A stretch of 63,795 nucleotides of DNA, the filler included, from Nemertoderma westbladi (Eukaryota > Animalia > Xenacoelomorpha): NCBI GenBank assembly GCA_032718475.1. It is 5 parts of 5 records of this genome, joined end to end, with 100 filler letters (N's around TTAATTAATTAA, not from the genome) between each part and the next. Parts side by side here need not be neighbours in the genome. Positions count along the whole stretch, not along the records: positions 27,522 to 42,172 come from JAUCBJ010008496.1; positions 42,273 to 58,337 come from JAUCBJ010004441.1; 3 more parts are not named here. One strand, written 5' to 3'. A model generated the notes under the pieces. It was not told where the DNA came from and did no database searches. It saw nothing but the letters and a program-made list of their open reading frames with translations. Position numbers and translations under genes: made by a program. Of this stretch, positions 40,126 to 53,680 are shown one piece after another. The first letter of the stretch is position 1. Every line of letters begins with the position of its first letter.

Positions 40126-42172
40126 TAAATCGATAAATTGTCTCAAGTTCCATCGGCCACCGAATTCCAGTAGCGAATTATCCTTTTCCATATGTTGTCC
40201 TATACAAACTACAACCATACTATTTTCTGTATATAGTTGTTTAGGTACACCCTACCTCCAATATTATTAATCTAATTTTTATATTTTCTCCTTCTATATA
40301 TTTTATCCTATTATATTTTTTAGTTAGTATTGAATCATTCTTTAGCCCAAATATTCAGCGCTTTGCCCCGGTTCTATTTTCGAGGTAAATAAATCTCAGT
40401 ATCCTTGTATATATATTTGAAAGATTACTTCGTTTAGACTATATTTTTATTACCATATTCCGTTTACCATTACCATTTTCTTACTGTGTAATTAAATATT
40501 ATCTATCTGTACTTAGTACTGTATTAATTATTTTACATGAACCCAAACTTTACAGTTTACATCTCTAGCAACTAAAAAATAATAATATATAAACATTCCA
40601 AGAATTTTATAGAATAACTTTTAAACTTATTTTATTCCATAGCAATCTCATTCATTGTTACACATTTTTCTCTTTGATCTTTCGTAATTCACTTGACTTT
40701 CCCTTTTCCTTTTAACTAACTCTCCATTCTCGCTCTGCTTTGCTTTTGTACCGGTTTTTTTTCTATGTTTTGTTAAAAAAACATTCATCAATAACGCAAC
40801 AGGCTATTAAGCTATTAATTCGACTGATCTTTTTAATTATTTTATTTAGTGTCTGTGTATAGCGTATGATTATGTAAAGAACACTTTACGCATTTGATTA
40901 CAGTAAGAGTCAGTTTGTAACTGAAATATCCGTAATTATTATTATAACTTTTTACACCACGGCGATCTTAATTTTATTCTAAAATTACTAACGTAAAGAC
41001 TCATTCATGTTCAACGCCTGGTGACTTACATATTTTTCTTAATTTTATTTTAATTATCAATAAATCGGGTAGACTTATTTGGTAGAACGACATTTTGTTT
41101 CGGTTTATTATTATTTGAATCAAGCCGAAGTTGGTTTGAAATGTTTCCATTGGTTTTTAAACTTTTAGATAGTTAAGCGTTTAATCTAATTGTACATTTT
41201 GTGTTTTGTAATAATCTATTAAGTTTTTGTCACTGACGGATTCCACAAAGTGGTTGTTTGTTATTTTTAGACTTTTATGCAATTAAAATTCATTAATATA
41301 GTGCAATCATACGCATATCATTTTCCCATGCTGTGCAGCACCACTTCTTATATGCACAATGTTGGAATTATCATTAATTTAGTTAAGATTAAGATTAAGA
41401 CCCCATTTTGGGTTAAACGTAATAATTATCTATGTACCTACTTTATAATTCATGTTGCGTATTTTTTTATGATAAGAAATTTTAATTGATATGCGGTGCA
41501 CTCAATTCATTAATGTTTTTTTTTAATTAAATTGTTTTCATTTACTTGAAATAAAGATATATATATATATAAATATTGCTTTTTCATTGATGTCTATCTA
41601 CGCGTGATAATGATTGACCCGGCAGCCCAAACCCAAAAGATAAAGGTCGCTTCATTGGTTTATGGCCCATGAATATCAGTTTCGAATTGACTGAATTTTT
41701 TTTAAATGGACTGATGCAGTGGCGTAGCCAAGGGGGGGGGGGGGGGGGGGGTCGACAACTTCCTACAGAAAACCAGACCTGACCTATTGATAGACCAAGC
41801 CATTTTTGAGATATTGATTGATGTTCAAACAACCTGCAGGAACCCTCACTGACAACTAAACTAAAAATTAATAAGTATGTAAGACAATCACCAAACTTAT
41901 TTCATAAGAAAAATTACAAATCGAAATGATATATTGTCTTTCTACCCACATAACCTGTTAGTAAATGGGCCGTACGGCGCTATGTAATCACAACGCCATC
42001 TGATTACGATGCCATTTTATATGAAATCGCTTTAAAGAGTAACTTCCATTGTGTTTTAATACAATTTGCTTACATATTTATAATGCTGAAATGTGTGGCT
42101 TTTAAATGAGCTAAAAATCATTAAATTTCGTTAATTACAACGCGACTTACACTTGTTTTTATAAAGAACAAT

Positions 42173-42272
42173 NNNNNNNNNNNNNNNNNNNNNNNNNNNN
42201 NNNNNNNNNNNNNNNNTTAATTAATTAANNNNNNNNNNNNNNNNNNNNNNNNNNNNNNNNNNNNNNNNNNNN
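42173..42272. other. Artificial assembly linker
   Basis: N44-TTAATTAATTAA-N44. Confidence 0.97.
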
Positions 42273-42354
42273 TCCTACCGGTACCGGCTAACCAGTAACT
42301 GACAACCAAACAAGGAATCATAGCTAACTATTCGGCTACGGTAATTAAACTCAC

Positions 42355-42396
42355 AGATTTCATCGAAATCGACCCCGGTTTAACAATCGCCGCCAT
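42355..42396 (-). CDS. Possible first coding exon of an unidentified gene (MAAIVKPGSISMKS|gtgagt), cut by the gap
   Basis: ATGGCGGCG start, strong GTGAGT donor, CpG-rich leader 42400-42790; no homology recognised. Confidence 0.3.
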
Positions 42397-43088
42397 ATAA
42401 TACACAGTAGAGGCATCCACTATGATCAAGAACCATCTAAAATACCACCGAAAGTCCGTAGTCTGTGACAGGAATTGGTTTCCTAGCATTAAAGTCAAAG
42501 AACCGGTACGCGAAACAGTTTCGAGTTTAATTCCTCGATGATTCTCCGTCGTCTCCCCATCGGATACAGCACAGATTGTGCATACTGACTCCAGATAGTC
42601 CGGCGAACACGTTTAGAATAACAGGTGAGGAGTTCCGGGCCGACAAAGTCGGCGAAAGGCGACCGTAATCACATTTAACCGTCAGCACGGAGCTGTCATC
42701 CGTTGTCGGACGCGGTTCTAAATCGTCGCCAACGGCCGGCCGCCGGATTCTATGACCGCGAATCTTCTACATTTCATAGACAGTGCCATGGGCTTCAAAT
42801 TGACCGAGTTTGAAATTCGAAAAAAGCAAAAAAATGACCAAAAATAGCAGTTTTAACACCGCGAACACACTGAATACCGGTAACTGCAGATAGGCCTACA
42901 TGATTAGGCCTATTGTATAAATATTTTTGAATTTCAACTTGACGCTCTCATTGGCTGGTTGAATTCTGTATCGTTAAATCCGCGCCTTTCATTGGCTTAA
43001 GAATTTCTGTATCATTAGGAATCCTGGCCACTGATTCGCTTAGAACTGTAGAAGGCCTAACGATACAGAAATGTTTAGCAGGGTGTGC

Positions 43089-43880
43089 CATGGCCTACTA
43101 TATACTACGGCCTACCAGGTCACCTTGAGAGGCCACTTGAAAAGAGGCCACTTATACACTGCGGTACAGTACTGCACTACGGTAGGAGATCTCATACCCA
43201 GTTGTCGTAGGCCTATTCCCACCAGCTCTGCAGCCTAATACAGTAATAATTATAAATATTTATTAATAATTTGGCATTTTATATATATGGAAATTAATTC
43301 ATTCATATGTTATTAGACTTAGTCACCTATTCACACAGACACTGGGCACCAGCGCACCACGACATTCCTTTATAACGGTTGCCGGTGCCAAAAGTATTGT
43401 CGTTAAAATTAAACATCAATACAAGATTGAGGAATATTACAACAATCAATAAAATGTTTTCTAAAAATAGCAGGTTTCCCGATTAATAACACAATATATG
43501 AATGCTGTTTAATTCGCGATGTTTCGTGTGTATACTTGTATAATTGTGTGCTCAGGCTACGCCTGACTTCGTGACTCGACCCACATACTGTATTAACGCG
43601 TTTTTACACGTCGATTATCGTCTGACTAGAGGAATAGTCTCGGGCTTTCAACCAGTCTTCATATTGAAAATGTCAAAAAAGTTAGTTGTCCATCGTTTCA
43701 GGCTGCCAATAAACATTTAAAAATACACCCATTGAATTCGCGATAGTCGATTTAGTGGTATTAGGGGGTGGGTGGTAAATTTGTGTACAACTTACCAGTT
43801 ACATAATATTGAAATAAGTGGCCTCTTTTCAAGAGGCCTCTCAAGGTGACCTGGTAGGCCGTAGTATATAGTAGGCCATG
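43089..43880. mobile_element. Non-autonomous P-element-like transposon
   Basis: ~67-bp TIR starting CATGGCCTACTATATACTACGG; 7-bp TSD ggtgtgc. Confidence 0.78.
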
Positions 43881-43911
43881 GGTGTGCGCGCGACCTAGTT
43901 CAGTAGTTAGC

Positions 43912-46640
43912 AATGTTTAATGTTTAATGTTTAATAGTTTGGGTATAAGAAAGCTAATGCTTATGGAACCCGTACACACCAAAAGAAAGTCCAACTGAAA
44001 GTAATTATAACAGTACCGGTAAGTAATTAAGTATTGCGACCAATACCGACCATGTTTACGAAACAATGACAAAAACATATATAAAACAATTGAAACATAA
44101 AAGGACGCAGTTAAATTAAAATAGTGTTCTTATAAAAATGGTTACTAATAAAATGTCTTGCTTGCTAAAGGGTTGAAGTGACGTCTATAAAATCACGAGT
44201 ATACACAGCAAATTACATAACAGTCGATAAAGTCAGATACATACACTAAAAATTACAAATATACATTAGAATTACTAAACAAATTCAATAAAATGACAGT
44301 CTATATAGTATCACGAGTATACACAGAAAGTTACATATCAGTCGATAAAATCGGATACAAGTATATCGGTTAGGGCTAATATCGATAGTTTAAGGGTTAA
44401 AATAAAATATAAAATTAATTTAAAATATCAGATAATCCATAGCTATAAAAACAGTACGGTATGTAAAATAGATCAAGACATTTGAACACTTAAATTTACA
44501 TGGATTAGCTAACACTACACGATGAGAAAATAAGTGCACAGTTTAAGCTTTAAGGGTTAAAATAAAATATAAAATAAAATTAAAATATTCGGTAAAATCG
44601 TTGTATAGAAACAGTTTGGTATGTAGAACTGATGGATTTAATTAAAATAAGATATTGCATATGAATTGGATTATTTAAGAAATAACAGTTGCACCATTTG
44701 GGTCTATTTAAAAATACGAACGATTGGTAGGAGATTATACTGTAAGTTACATAAAAATAAGTAGATCAAGTGAAAAATAAGTAGATAAGTAAAATAAGAT
44801 AAAATGCGATAAAAATAAATATTGATGTGCGACTATAAAAAGAAAACAATTAAATATAACTAATGTGATTGGGCCAAGTAATTGGGGCAAGCCAGGGCTT
44901 ACCCCAATATAACCTTTGTTGGTTTTCATATCTGCCAAACCTTTGGCAAATTCGCGTTGAGTAAATGGATCATCCAGACATGGTACGTAAATAGTACTAG
45001 TGATGTCGGAGTCAATGTCTGCAACAAGTCCCTAAAAGGTGCCACCCTGCTCCATAGCGCGGGAATTTCAAATGATTGAAAGACATGTACTTTGTACTGG
45101 AAAGGGTGGCAGATCAGATCTGCTACCTATATTTTGGCGGTAAATTCAAATCTGTTTTAACATTGAATACATGAATAGAGTAAGACTTAAATGTAATTCA
45201 TTGAATAAGAATAAATTATTTCTTATCGGTTTAACTCACTCATCCGTTAATGTTGTTGTTTTATCTATTCTGGGACTTCGAGCAGCACGTGAACAACTAA
45301 ACCTGACGTTAACTAGTCGGGGGCATAGAGCAGCACGTGAACAACTAAACTGGCTGGTTACCTAGTCTGGTACTTCGAGCAGCACGTGAACAACTAAACC
45401 AGCACGTTAACTAGTTTGGGGCTTCGAGCAGCACGTGAACAACTAAGCTGACTGGTTAACTATAGTCTGGGACTTCCAGTAGCACGTGAACAACTAAGCT
45501 GACTGGTTAACTATAGTCTGGGACTTCCAGTAGCACGTGAACAACTAAGCTGACTGGTTAACTATAGTCTGGGACTTCCAGTAGCACGTGAACAACTAAG
45601 CTGACTGGTTAACTATAGTCTGGGACTTCCAGTAGCACGTGAACAACTAAGCTGACTGGTTAACTATAGTCTGGGACTTCCAGTAGCACGTGAACAACTA
45701 AGCTGACTGGTTAACTATAGTCTGGGACTTCCAGTAGCACGTGAACAACTAAGCTGACTGGTTAACTAGTCTAGGACTTCGAGCAGCACGTGGACAACTA
45801 AGCTGACTGGTTAACTAGTCTGGAACTTCGAGCAAAATTGCAAATTGAGGGGGGGGGGGATCGGGGGATTTGGCTTAACTTCTATCAGTAAAATGTGAAG
45901 AACATTTATTATTTTCTTGTATCAGTTAAAATTACATCAGAACATTATAATTATAACAATATAGCAGGGAACTGATAGTAAAATATATCGCAGGTAAGCC
46001 TACTGTAATAACAATAGGTGTATAATGCTTCTGCCTAATCTGCTATATATGTACCAGACATGTACCAGACTATAAAAATAGTTAACCAGTCAACTTAGTT
46101 GTTTAGGTGCTGCTCGAAGTCCCAGACTTGTTAACCAGGCAGCTTAGTTGTACACGTGCTGCTCGAAATCCCAGACTAGTTAACCAGCCAGCTTAGTTTT
46201 CACGTGCTGCTCGAAGTCCCAGAATAGATAAATCAACAACATTATCGGATGAGTGAGTTAAACCGATGATAAATAATTTATTATGATTCAATGAATTACA
46301 TTGGCAGATTGGTCTTACTTTATTCATGTATTCAATGTTAAAACATATTTGAATTTACCGCCTGACCGCCAATATATAGGTAGCAGATCTGATCTGCCAC
46401 CCTTTCCGTCTTTCAATCATTTGAATTTCCCGCGCTATGGAGCAGGGTGGCACCTTTTAGGGACTTGTATGTCTGCAGGTTCGCTAGGATTGAGAAGAGA
46501 CTCAAAATGAGTCCTAAACTCCTCATCTGCAGTATTTGCATTATTCTCATCTTCAAATGAAATGTTTCCATTCCAGTCGAGAGCTTTCCATAAACTTTTA
46601 GGATCATTCCAGTTGATGATGTGATCCCATCCACATACAT
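43912..46640 (-). mobile_element. LINE relic(s): ORF2 linker fragment and a probable 3' (TAAACAT)n tail
   Basis: After removing 45024-46468 it reads DPKSLWKALDW...FRTHFESLLN...LDDPFTQRE...MKTNK; microsatellite tail at 43912-43935. Confidence 0.65.
45024..46468. mobile_element. Foldback/Mutator-type element with long modular TIRs and internal 49-51-bp tandem repeats
   Basis: Perfect 9-bp TSD atgtctgca; arms acaagtccctaaaaggtgccacc... inverted; unit agtctgggacttccagtagcacgtgaacaactaagctgactggttaactat ~11x left, ~3x inverted right. Confidence 0.92.
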
Positions 46641-47120
46641 CACAGTCCAGCAGTCTGACAGTGCAGCAGTCCTTACCCTTTTTTATTGAATCAGTGAATA
46701 CAGGAATAGGCCTAGCTCAGTAGCTAACAAACATTATCAGATTACTGGATTATTCTGTTATTCAGTTCTCATTAGCAGATTCTGAGATTAGCCTGTTACT
46801 GTGTTAGCTAGCACCTCCATCCTGCCATCTACCTACTGATCTAAAGATCAAATTCAAAACTACAGTCACAGTCCTGCAGTCTTCCCAGCAGTCTTACAGT
46901 ATCCTGGCTGGTATCGCATATCGGTACTACTAGCTAGTACTACAGTACTACGTGCTACGGCAGTACGCCTGTCAGCCTGTACGCAGGCCTACTTCAGTAC
47001 TTTGCTACCGTTCTGCCGGTGCCGCGGTGCGGTGCTCATTCAGTCATTACCGGATTACAGCAGTAGGCCCTACCGGTACTGCATTGGACAATTCAGCAAT
47101 TAGAATTAGAAACTACAGAA

Positions 47121-50100
47121 ATGTTGAAACTTTCTCGACGTGTTTTCGTTGCCAGGCAATCCGGCGGATTTCGAAAGATTTCTACATCGCGATTCCGAAT
47201 GGCTAAGAACGTGGAAATGACGGTAAAAGACGGAATCGCTGTAATTGGGTTCGACACTCCAGACTCGAAAGTAAACGTACTCAATAGAGCGCTGATCGAA
47301 GAGCTGCCGCCGATAATGGAACAAATAAAAACCGATAACGAGATAAAAGCCGCGGTTGTTATCAGTCGTAAACCCGGTTGTTTCATAGCCGGGGCCGATA
47401 TCTCCATGATTGAATCCTGCGAGAGCGGAGCCCAACTAGAGGAGTTGGCGAAAAACGGTCAACGAATGATGGACGAGATCGAGGGAAGCGCTAAACCGAT
47501 GGTCGCCGCCATCAATGGGATCTGTATGGGCGGAGGGCTGGAGGTCGCTATGGCCTGCCACTACAGACTGGCCTCCGGGGGCAGTAAGACGGTCCTATCG
47601 CAACCGGAAGTTATGCTGGGTCTGTTACCGGGGGCCGGTGGCACCCAACGACTGCCCAGACTGGTTCCCTTCACGGAAGCGCTCACTATGGTGCTTACAG
47701 GGAAGAGCGTAGCGAGTAAGAAGGCGAAACAACTCGGGTTGGTTGACCAGGTTGTCCTTCCGGTAGGGCCCGGGGTCGGCCCAGCCGACGAGGTCAACAT
47801 GGAGTACTTTGAGACAGTCGCGGTAGATGTCGCCAAGAAACTGGCCGAGCAAAGCGAGCCATTAAAGCGAACGATGTCGTACAAAGGGAAGCATAAACCG
47901 CTATCCGCTAAGTTAATTGAGGGAATTGCGTTGAGGTTTCCAGCGGTTACAGATTATTTTGTGATCGGTGCCGCTAAAAAGATGATAATGAAGCAAACGG
48001 GAGGGAAGTATCCGGCGCCGTTGGCGATACTGCGGTTAATGAGGTCGACGTTGATGGGTAAGGGAACTATGGATGAGGAAGCCGAGGTGTTTGGGAAGTT
48101 ATTCGCGACGTCTGAGTGTAAATCGTTGTTGGGGATCTACAGAGGACAGACCGAGTGTAAGAAGAACAAGTTCGGGAAGGTCGAGGGCGCTAAAGGGGTG
48201 GAGACAGTCGGGGTGTTGGGCGCGGGGTTGATGGGCGCGGGCATCGCCCAGGTATCAATTGATAAGGGGTACAACGTGCTGCTCAAGGACGTCTCCAAGG
48301 AGATGCTGACTAAAGCGCAGAGCGGCATCTACTCGGGGTTCGACGGGAAGGTAAAGCGGAAACGGCTGTCCGGATTCCAGCGGGACAAGTACATGGCGAA
48401 CCTGGAGACCGTGTTGGATTACGGTGCGTTCGGACGGTGCGATATGGTGATAGAAGCGGTATTCGAGAATATCGATATGAAACACCGGGTTATAAAGGAG
48501 GTGAGACGATTAATAACTTTTATTTGAAAAGGGCTCTTTTAGGCCTGCTCATTAATATTTTTATAATTGAATTAATTTATTTAGCTTTGTCTCATTATTT
48601 TCAAGAAAATTAGTTAAAAAAGCCGTTTTTTAACTAATTTTTTACTTTTTTAACTAATTTTTACTTTTTTTAATTTTTTACCTTTTTTTAAATTTTTTTT
48701 CTTTTTTAAGTAGTTTTTACTTTTTTTAACTAATTTTTTACTTTTTTTAACAAATTTTTTACTTTTTTTAACAAATTTTTTACTTTTTTAACTTATTTTT
48801 TTTTTATTTTTTACAGTATATAATTTTTACTTTTTTAACTAATTTTTTACTTTTTTTAACTAATTTTTAACATTTTTAACTAATTTTTTACTTTTTTAAC
48901 AAATTTTTACCTTTTTTTAATTTTTACTTTTTTCAACTAATTTTTTTCTTTTTTTTAAGTAATTTTTAATTTTTTTAACTAATTTTTTACTTTTTTGAAC
49001 TAATTTTTTACCTTTTCAACTAATTTTTTACTTTTTTAACTAATTTTTTACTTTTTTTAACTAATTTTTTTCTTTTTTTTTAACTAATTTTTTTTATTTA
49101 CTTTTTTATAATGAACTATTTACTACACAATATAATCATATTGATACATACTTTCATATAATTGTGTAAGTTCCTGGTACATAATGATTATATAATGTAG
49201 ACCGCGGCTTGTCGGCGGGTAGCTTACTGTACAGCTAGCTATATGTATTTTTTGAGATTCCGTATTAAAATATAGTCATATTATACGTCGTCAACATTGA
49301 TAACGCGGGTGATAGTTTTTTTTCAAATAAAACAATATATATTCGATATAAAAACGTAACGGAAATCACTATTTTCCACTCATTTTCTTTAGAGAAATTC
49401 AGATATTCTGCCCTCGTGTATTGAGTTTTCCACTCGTTGACATTTTAACACTCGCTTCGCTCCGCTTCGAAAAAAGCTTTTTTTTTCAGCTTACTTTTTT
49501 TTATCGAATAATAGTCCTATATTTATTAATATATAATTAAATATCTAATCTATTTAATTCTGTGTAAACTGTGTGGGTAGGGTGTGATTGGATTGTTGGG
49601 TAATCCAATCAAAATCGTTGAAGTAAGTTGTAATTTACGCATGGGATAAGATAAAGTAGACTTTACATCACAACAATGACTGAGTCCTAAACAATTGAGT
49701 TACACATGGATGTAGTTGTAGTATTATTGACCAAAGCAAATAAAAGCAACCTGATTGCAACAAAAACGGCTGTGCTTAAAATTTTCTACGCCACCAAATT
49801 CGTTATTAACTATCTGAGATGAAATATTTAACTCATCAAATCGAGTATAATATAATATAATTTACTTGAGAACATTTTATTCACAAAATCTCCCTACATT
49901 AAAAATGTTTAAACATCGAAATCTAATTGGCTATGAGAGGAAAGGAGCATTTTACAGTGGCCGGAATTTATAACCAAAACAATAAACGTCGTAAAGTAAA
50001 GAAATAACTCTTATAGTTTAATTATTCCTCCTCGGTAATATTATGTCTAAATTTAATTACATGAGATTAATTATAATAATATAACCCAAAGGGACGACGT

Positions 50101-51108
50101 CCTGACAACTAATTCAATTGGTTCCAATTTGTAATTATTGTGGTTTTGACATGTTTTGGTTCGTAAATTTTAATTTCTTTTGTGCAGGTAGAAGCCGTGG
50201 TCCCTCCCCATTGTATAATCGCGAGTAACACATCCGCCTTACCTATAAACAGGATCGCGCAGGGCAGCTCCCGTCCTGAGAACGTCGTAGGAATGCATTA
50301 CTTCTCCCCCGTAGATAAAATGCCGTTGCTGGAAGTCATAACCTCGGATAAAACCTCTAAAGCGGCTGCGAGTGCCGCCGTGGCTGTTGGACTTCGTCAG
50401 GGGAAGACGGTGATTGTAGTTAACGACGGTCCTGGTTTCTATACCACCAGGATTCTAGCTCCCTTCTCCGCGGAGAGTTTCAAGTTAATAGCGGAAGGGA
50501 TTGATATCGAGCGGTTGGATCGGTTGACGCGCGCGTTCGGTTTCCCCGTTGGAGTCGTCACTCTAGCCGATAAGGTGGGTCTCGATGTGGCGCTGCACAT
50601 CTCGCAGGATCTCGGGAAAGTGTTCGAGGAGAGGTTCGCGTTCGGGAATGTGTCGGCGCTGGAGGAGATGGTGAACGCGGGGTTCAAGGGGGATAAATCC
50701 GGGATGGGCTTCTACGATTATACGAGCGGCGGCGGGAAGAAGGGGAGACGGGTGAACCCCGGGGCGTTGGAGATAATCGAGCGAAACCGAGAGAAGCAAA
50801 CCCGGGAGATTAGCGACGAGGATATCCAGTTCCGGTTGGTTTCCCGGTTCGTTAACGAGGCGGTTCTGTGTCTCCAGGAAGGAGTTCTCCCGACCGCGTT
50901 GGAGGGCGATGTCGGCGCGATCTTCGGGTTGGGTTTCCCGCCGTTTCTCGGCGGTCCCTTTATGTTTGTGGACCAGTTCGGCGCGGATAAACTCGTTAAT
51001 ATTATGGAGCGTTTCGCTAAAGATTACGGGAAACCGTTCGAACCCTGTCAACTCTTATTGGACCACGCCAAGGATCCCTCGAAGAAGTTCAGATTGGGAA
51101 AGAAATGA
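47121..51108 (+). CDS. HADHA: Mitochondrial trifunctional enzyme subunit alpha; exons 47121-48500 and 50188-51108, 766 aa
   Basis: Crotonase motifs [38 protein letters not shown]; [40 protein letters not shown]; phase-0 GT-AG intron. Confidence 0.96.
48620..49110. repeat. Degenerate T-rich tandem repeat (taactaatttttacttttt)n in the HADHA intron
   Basis: Directly visible. Confidence 0.85.
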
Positions 51109-51970
51109 TGAGTTATTAACATTTTGGTTGGAATCTTTACTTCAAATAATAATTGAGACTTTAATTTTGTATTAGTTTAATAAATTTTGGTTTATATAGT
51201 TGGAATTCTGTGTAAATTGTGCTTTACTGTAGTTCTGTTGTTGACTGTAATCTTTATTTTAGGTTGAGAAAATTAGTAAATTTATTCGCATTATCATCAA
51301 TGTCATTCATTATATGCAACGATCGACTTATTAAACTTTCACATTTGAGTTATTTAACGTTCAATAAACCAAAACAATAAACAAAAAGGTATTTCATAGG
51401 CGGCCAATTAGCGCTGGAAATTTGTTATTGAAATTCTGAAATAATTCAAAATTATATTCAATGTTTATTGATATAGGACAGGTCTAGTAAGTACCTTAAA
51501 TTTCTTTTAGATTTGTTGTACAACTTTTTTCGGCAGGTGTTAACTAATTAAGCGCAGAAATTTTCAAGTTCAGAATAAAAAGAGTCTAGTTTATAGTGGT
51601 GCAACGGGATCGGGAGCCACAATTTTCGGGATCGGGATTGCAACTAACTGTCGGGATCCCGATTTTCGGGATGGGATTTCAAATTTTGTTGCGGCCACAC
51701 TCAACAAAAACTTACAATATCTGCCCCGGCCCCTTTAGAGGAGTAAAAAAAATGTCCTAAAAAACGTGCTGAAAAAATATCCATTGACTTTTATCAAATG
51801 GTTGACAGAGATAGTTTATTTCCCACTTTTACGTATTTATTTTACATACGTTTTTAATATTTTTTCTGCAACATTTTTAATATATCTATACTGAAGTCTG
51901 ACTGAAACGCTGCCACATAAAATGTTTATCATTTCAATAAAAAGCAACAAGTGTCCCCCTTCTATTATTT

Positions 51971-53470
51971 ACTAGAGACGGGCCTAGCGGCCCGTGAAGC
52001 AAGTCGTAGGAGACAGTACGAGTCAAGTAAAAGCTTTTTGTTCTGTCTGATAATCAATTAGTGTGAGGGTAGTCCGTCCCGGTGGTGTACGAAAAATTTT
52101 CTAGACAACTTCAAACTATAATTATTATGTTGTAATCATCTAATGAATTATAAAAGCTGTTGTGATTATAGAAGATAGAGAGCAGTTAGCGAAATGATTA
52201 TTTTGTTCTATCGGATAGAGTAGTCGGAGAGGAGTCGAGGTGTCATTAATAATAATAACAGCAGTTGTCATGAATTCAATACAATCGCGCACAAGAAGTG
52301 ATAAGACAAATTCGTTCTTATTTTTGTAATAAATAAAACAAGTTGAGATGTTTCAATGTAAACCGCGATTAACAATTTACACTGTTCAATGTAAACCACG
52401 ATATTAATTAAATACAACAATTATATTAATTATTATAACAGATTTTTATATTTCAAACAATAATGTTAGCCTTATGGAGAATCATTATGAGGGTGAGTAA
52501 ACATTCAGCCTTATAAGCATACAGCCTCCACAGTATTAATGTTGGCACAACGATTTCAAAATAAAACAATAATGCGATGAGAGCATAGTACAATACACTG
52601 TGTAGCCAACACACTGTTTAACTAACAGTTATTTAGCTTGCACGCCAATTAATTAACATAGCAAGGATGCATTGGGAAGAGTTATTCAGCTGAAACTGTA
52701 AGGGCCAGTTAAACAAATTAATGTTTGCTTACTGTCTGGGTTGTATAGTAGAGTGATAATAAAAATTGGCAGAGAAAGTACTGGTGTTCGGACACTTCCG
52801 AGAAAAGAGAAAACAGCCCCCAAGAAAAGAAGCGGGGGTTTGGGGGCGGTAGCCCCCAACAAAAGAAGCGGGTGTTTGGGGGCGGCAGCCCCCAATTAAA
52901 AAAAATTAAAGGAATTAAAAGAAAAACAAACAAAATTTGACTATAAAAATGTTTCTTTATAATTTTGAAAAAACTTGTCTAGATACAACTTGTCCTGTAA
53001 CCATCTTTAACTTTTGTTTATTGCTTTGATGCACCCAGATTAATTTTAACACTTTAACTTGGGGGTAAGTGTCCGGGGGGGGGGGGGGGGAAGTGTCCTA
53101 CTTGGGCGGGGGGGAAGTGTCCTAGATCCAAAGTACTTCTTTGTTAGTTGCCCTTCCTATTGAATGCATTACCAGGCCATCTCTATACATTTTTCAAGAG
53201 TGCCAGCTGGTGTTTTATCATTGCGCCTATGGCAATTTTCGTGTTTTGGGGCTATTTTTCGAAATAAAACAAGTTGAGATGTTTCAATTTAAACCGCGAT
53301 TTCACAAGTACCCTTAGAAATCCATTTTCATGGTCCATGCAAAATTTCATCAAAATCGTTAGAGCCGTTTTTGCTCTAGGTCAGTAACCAGTAGTCAGTA
53401 GCCAGTAGTCAGTAGCTTTTTTTTCTTACAGTAATCAAGTCTAACGACTTGCTAATTATAAAATATAGAC
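51971..53470. mobile_element. Helentron-associated/DINE-1-like non-autonomous rolling-circle element
   Basis: Starts ACTAG after a T-run; hairpin acgggcc-tagc-ggcccgt; subterminal inverted repeat gcaagtcgt / acgacttgc; catgcaaaatttcatcaaaatcg core, short microsatellite, end ...aatatagac; no TSD. Confidence 0.65.
52783..53129. mobile_element. Mutator-like element, short (347-bp) internally deleted copy
   Basis: Perfect 8-bp TSD aaagtact; same ends and internal sequence as 31610-32828. Confidence 0.88.
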
Positions 53471-53680
53471 TTTCATGTATCTATGTTGTATCACTGTAGG
53501 TAGTTGTAAAAGCAAATACGTTACTTATTTATTATTTTACATTATTATTCAGTATGATTATTATTCAGATGAGTGAGGGGTTGCAGGTCTGTTTGGCCAA
53601 AGTCCTCAGCGGGAAACGTGGTAATTAATGGATCAAAGTAGGTCCGATAACGAAGGCAGAGCCTAATTAGCCACCGAGGT

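Noticed and set aside
45270-45830. CRISPR-like regularly spaced repeats
   Set aside because: No unique spacers, eukaryotic context, no cas genes; part of a foldback transposon arm
47106-51051. Antisense and alternative-frame ORFs over HADHA (similarly over CDC73, WDR74, RDH)
   Set aside because: Shadow ORFs of GC-rich coding sequence
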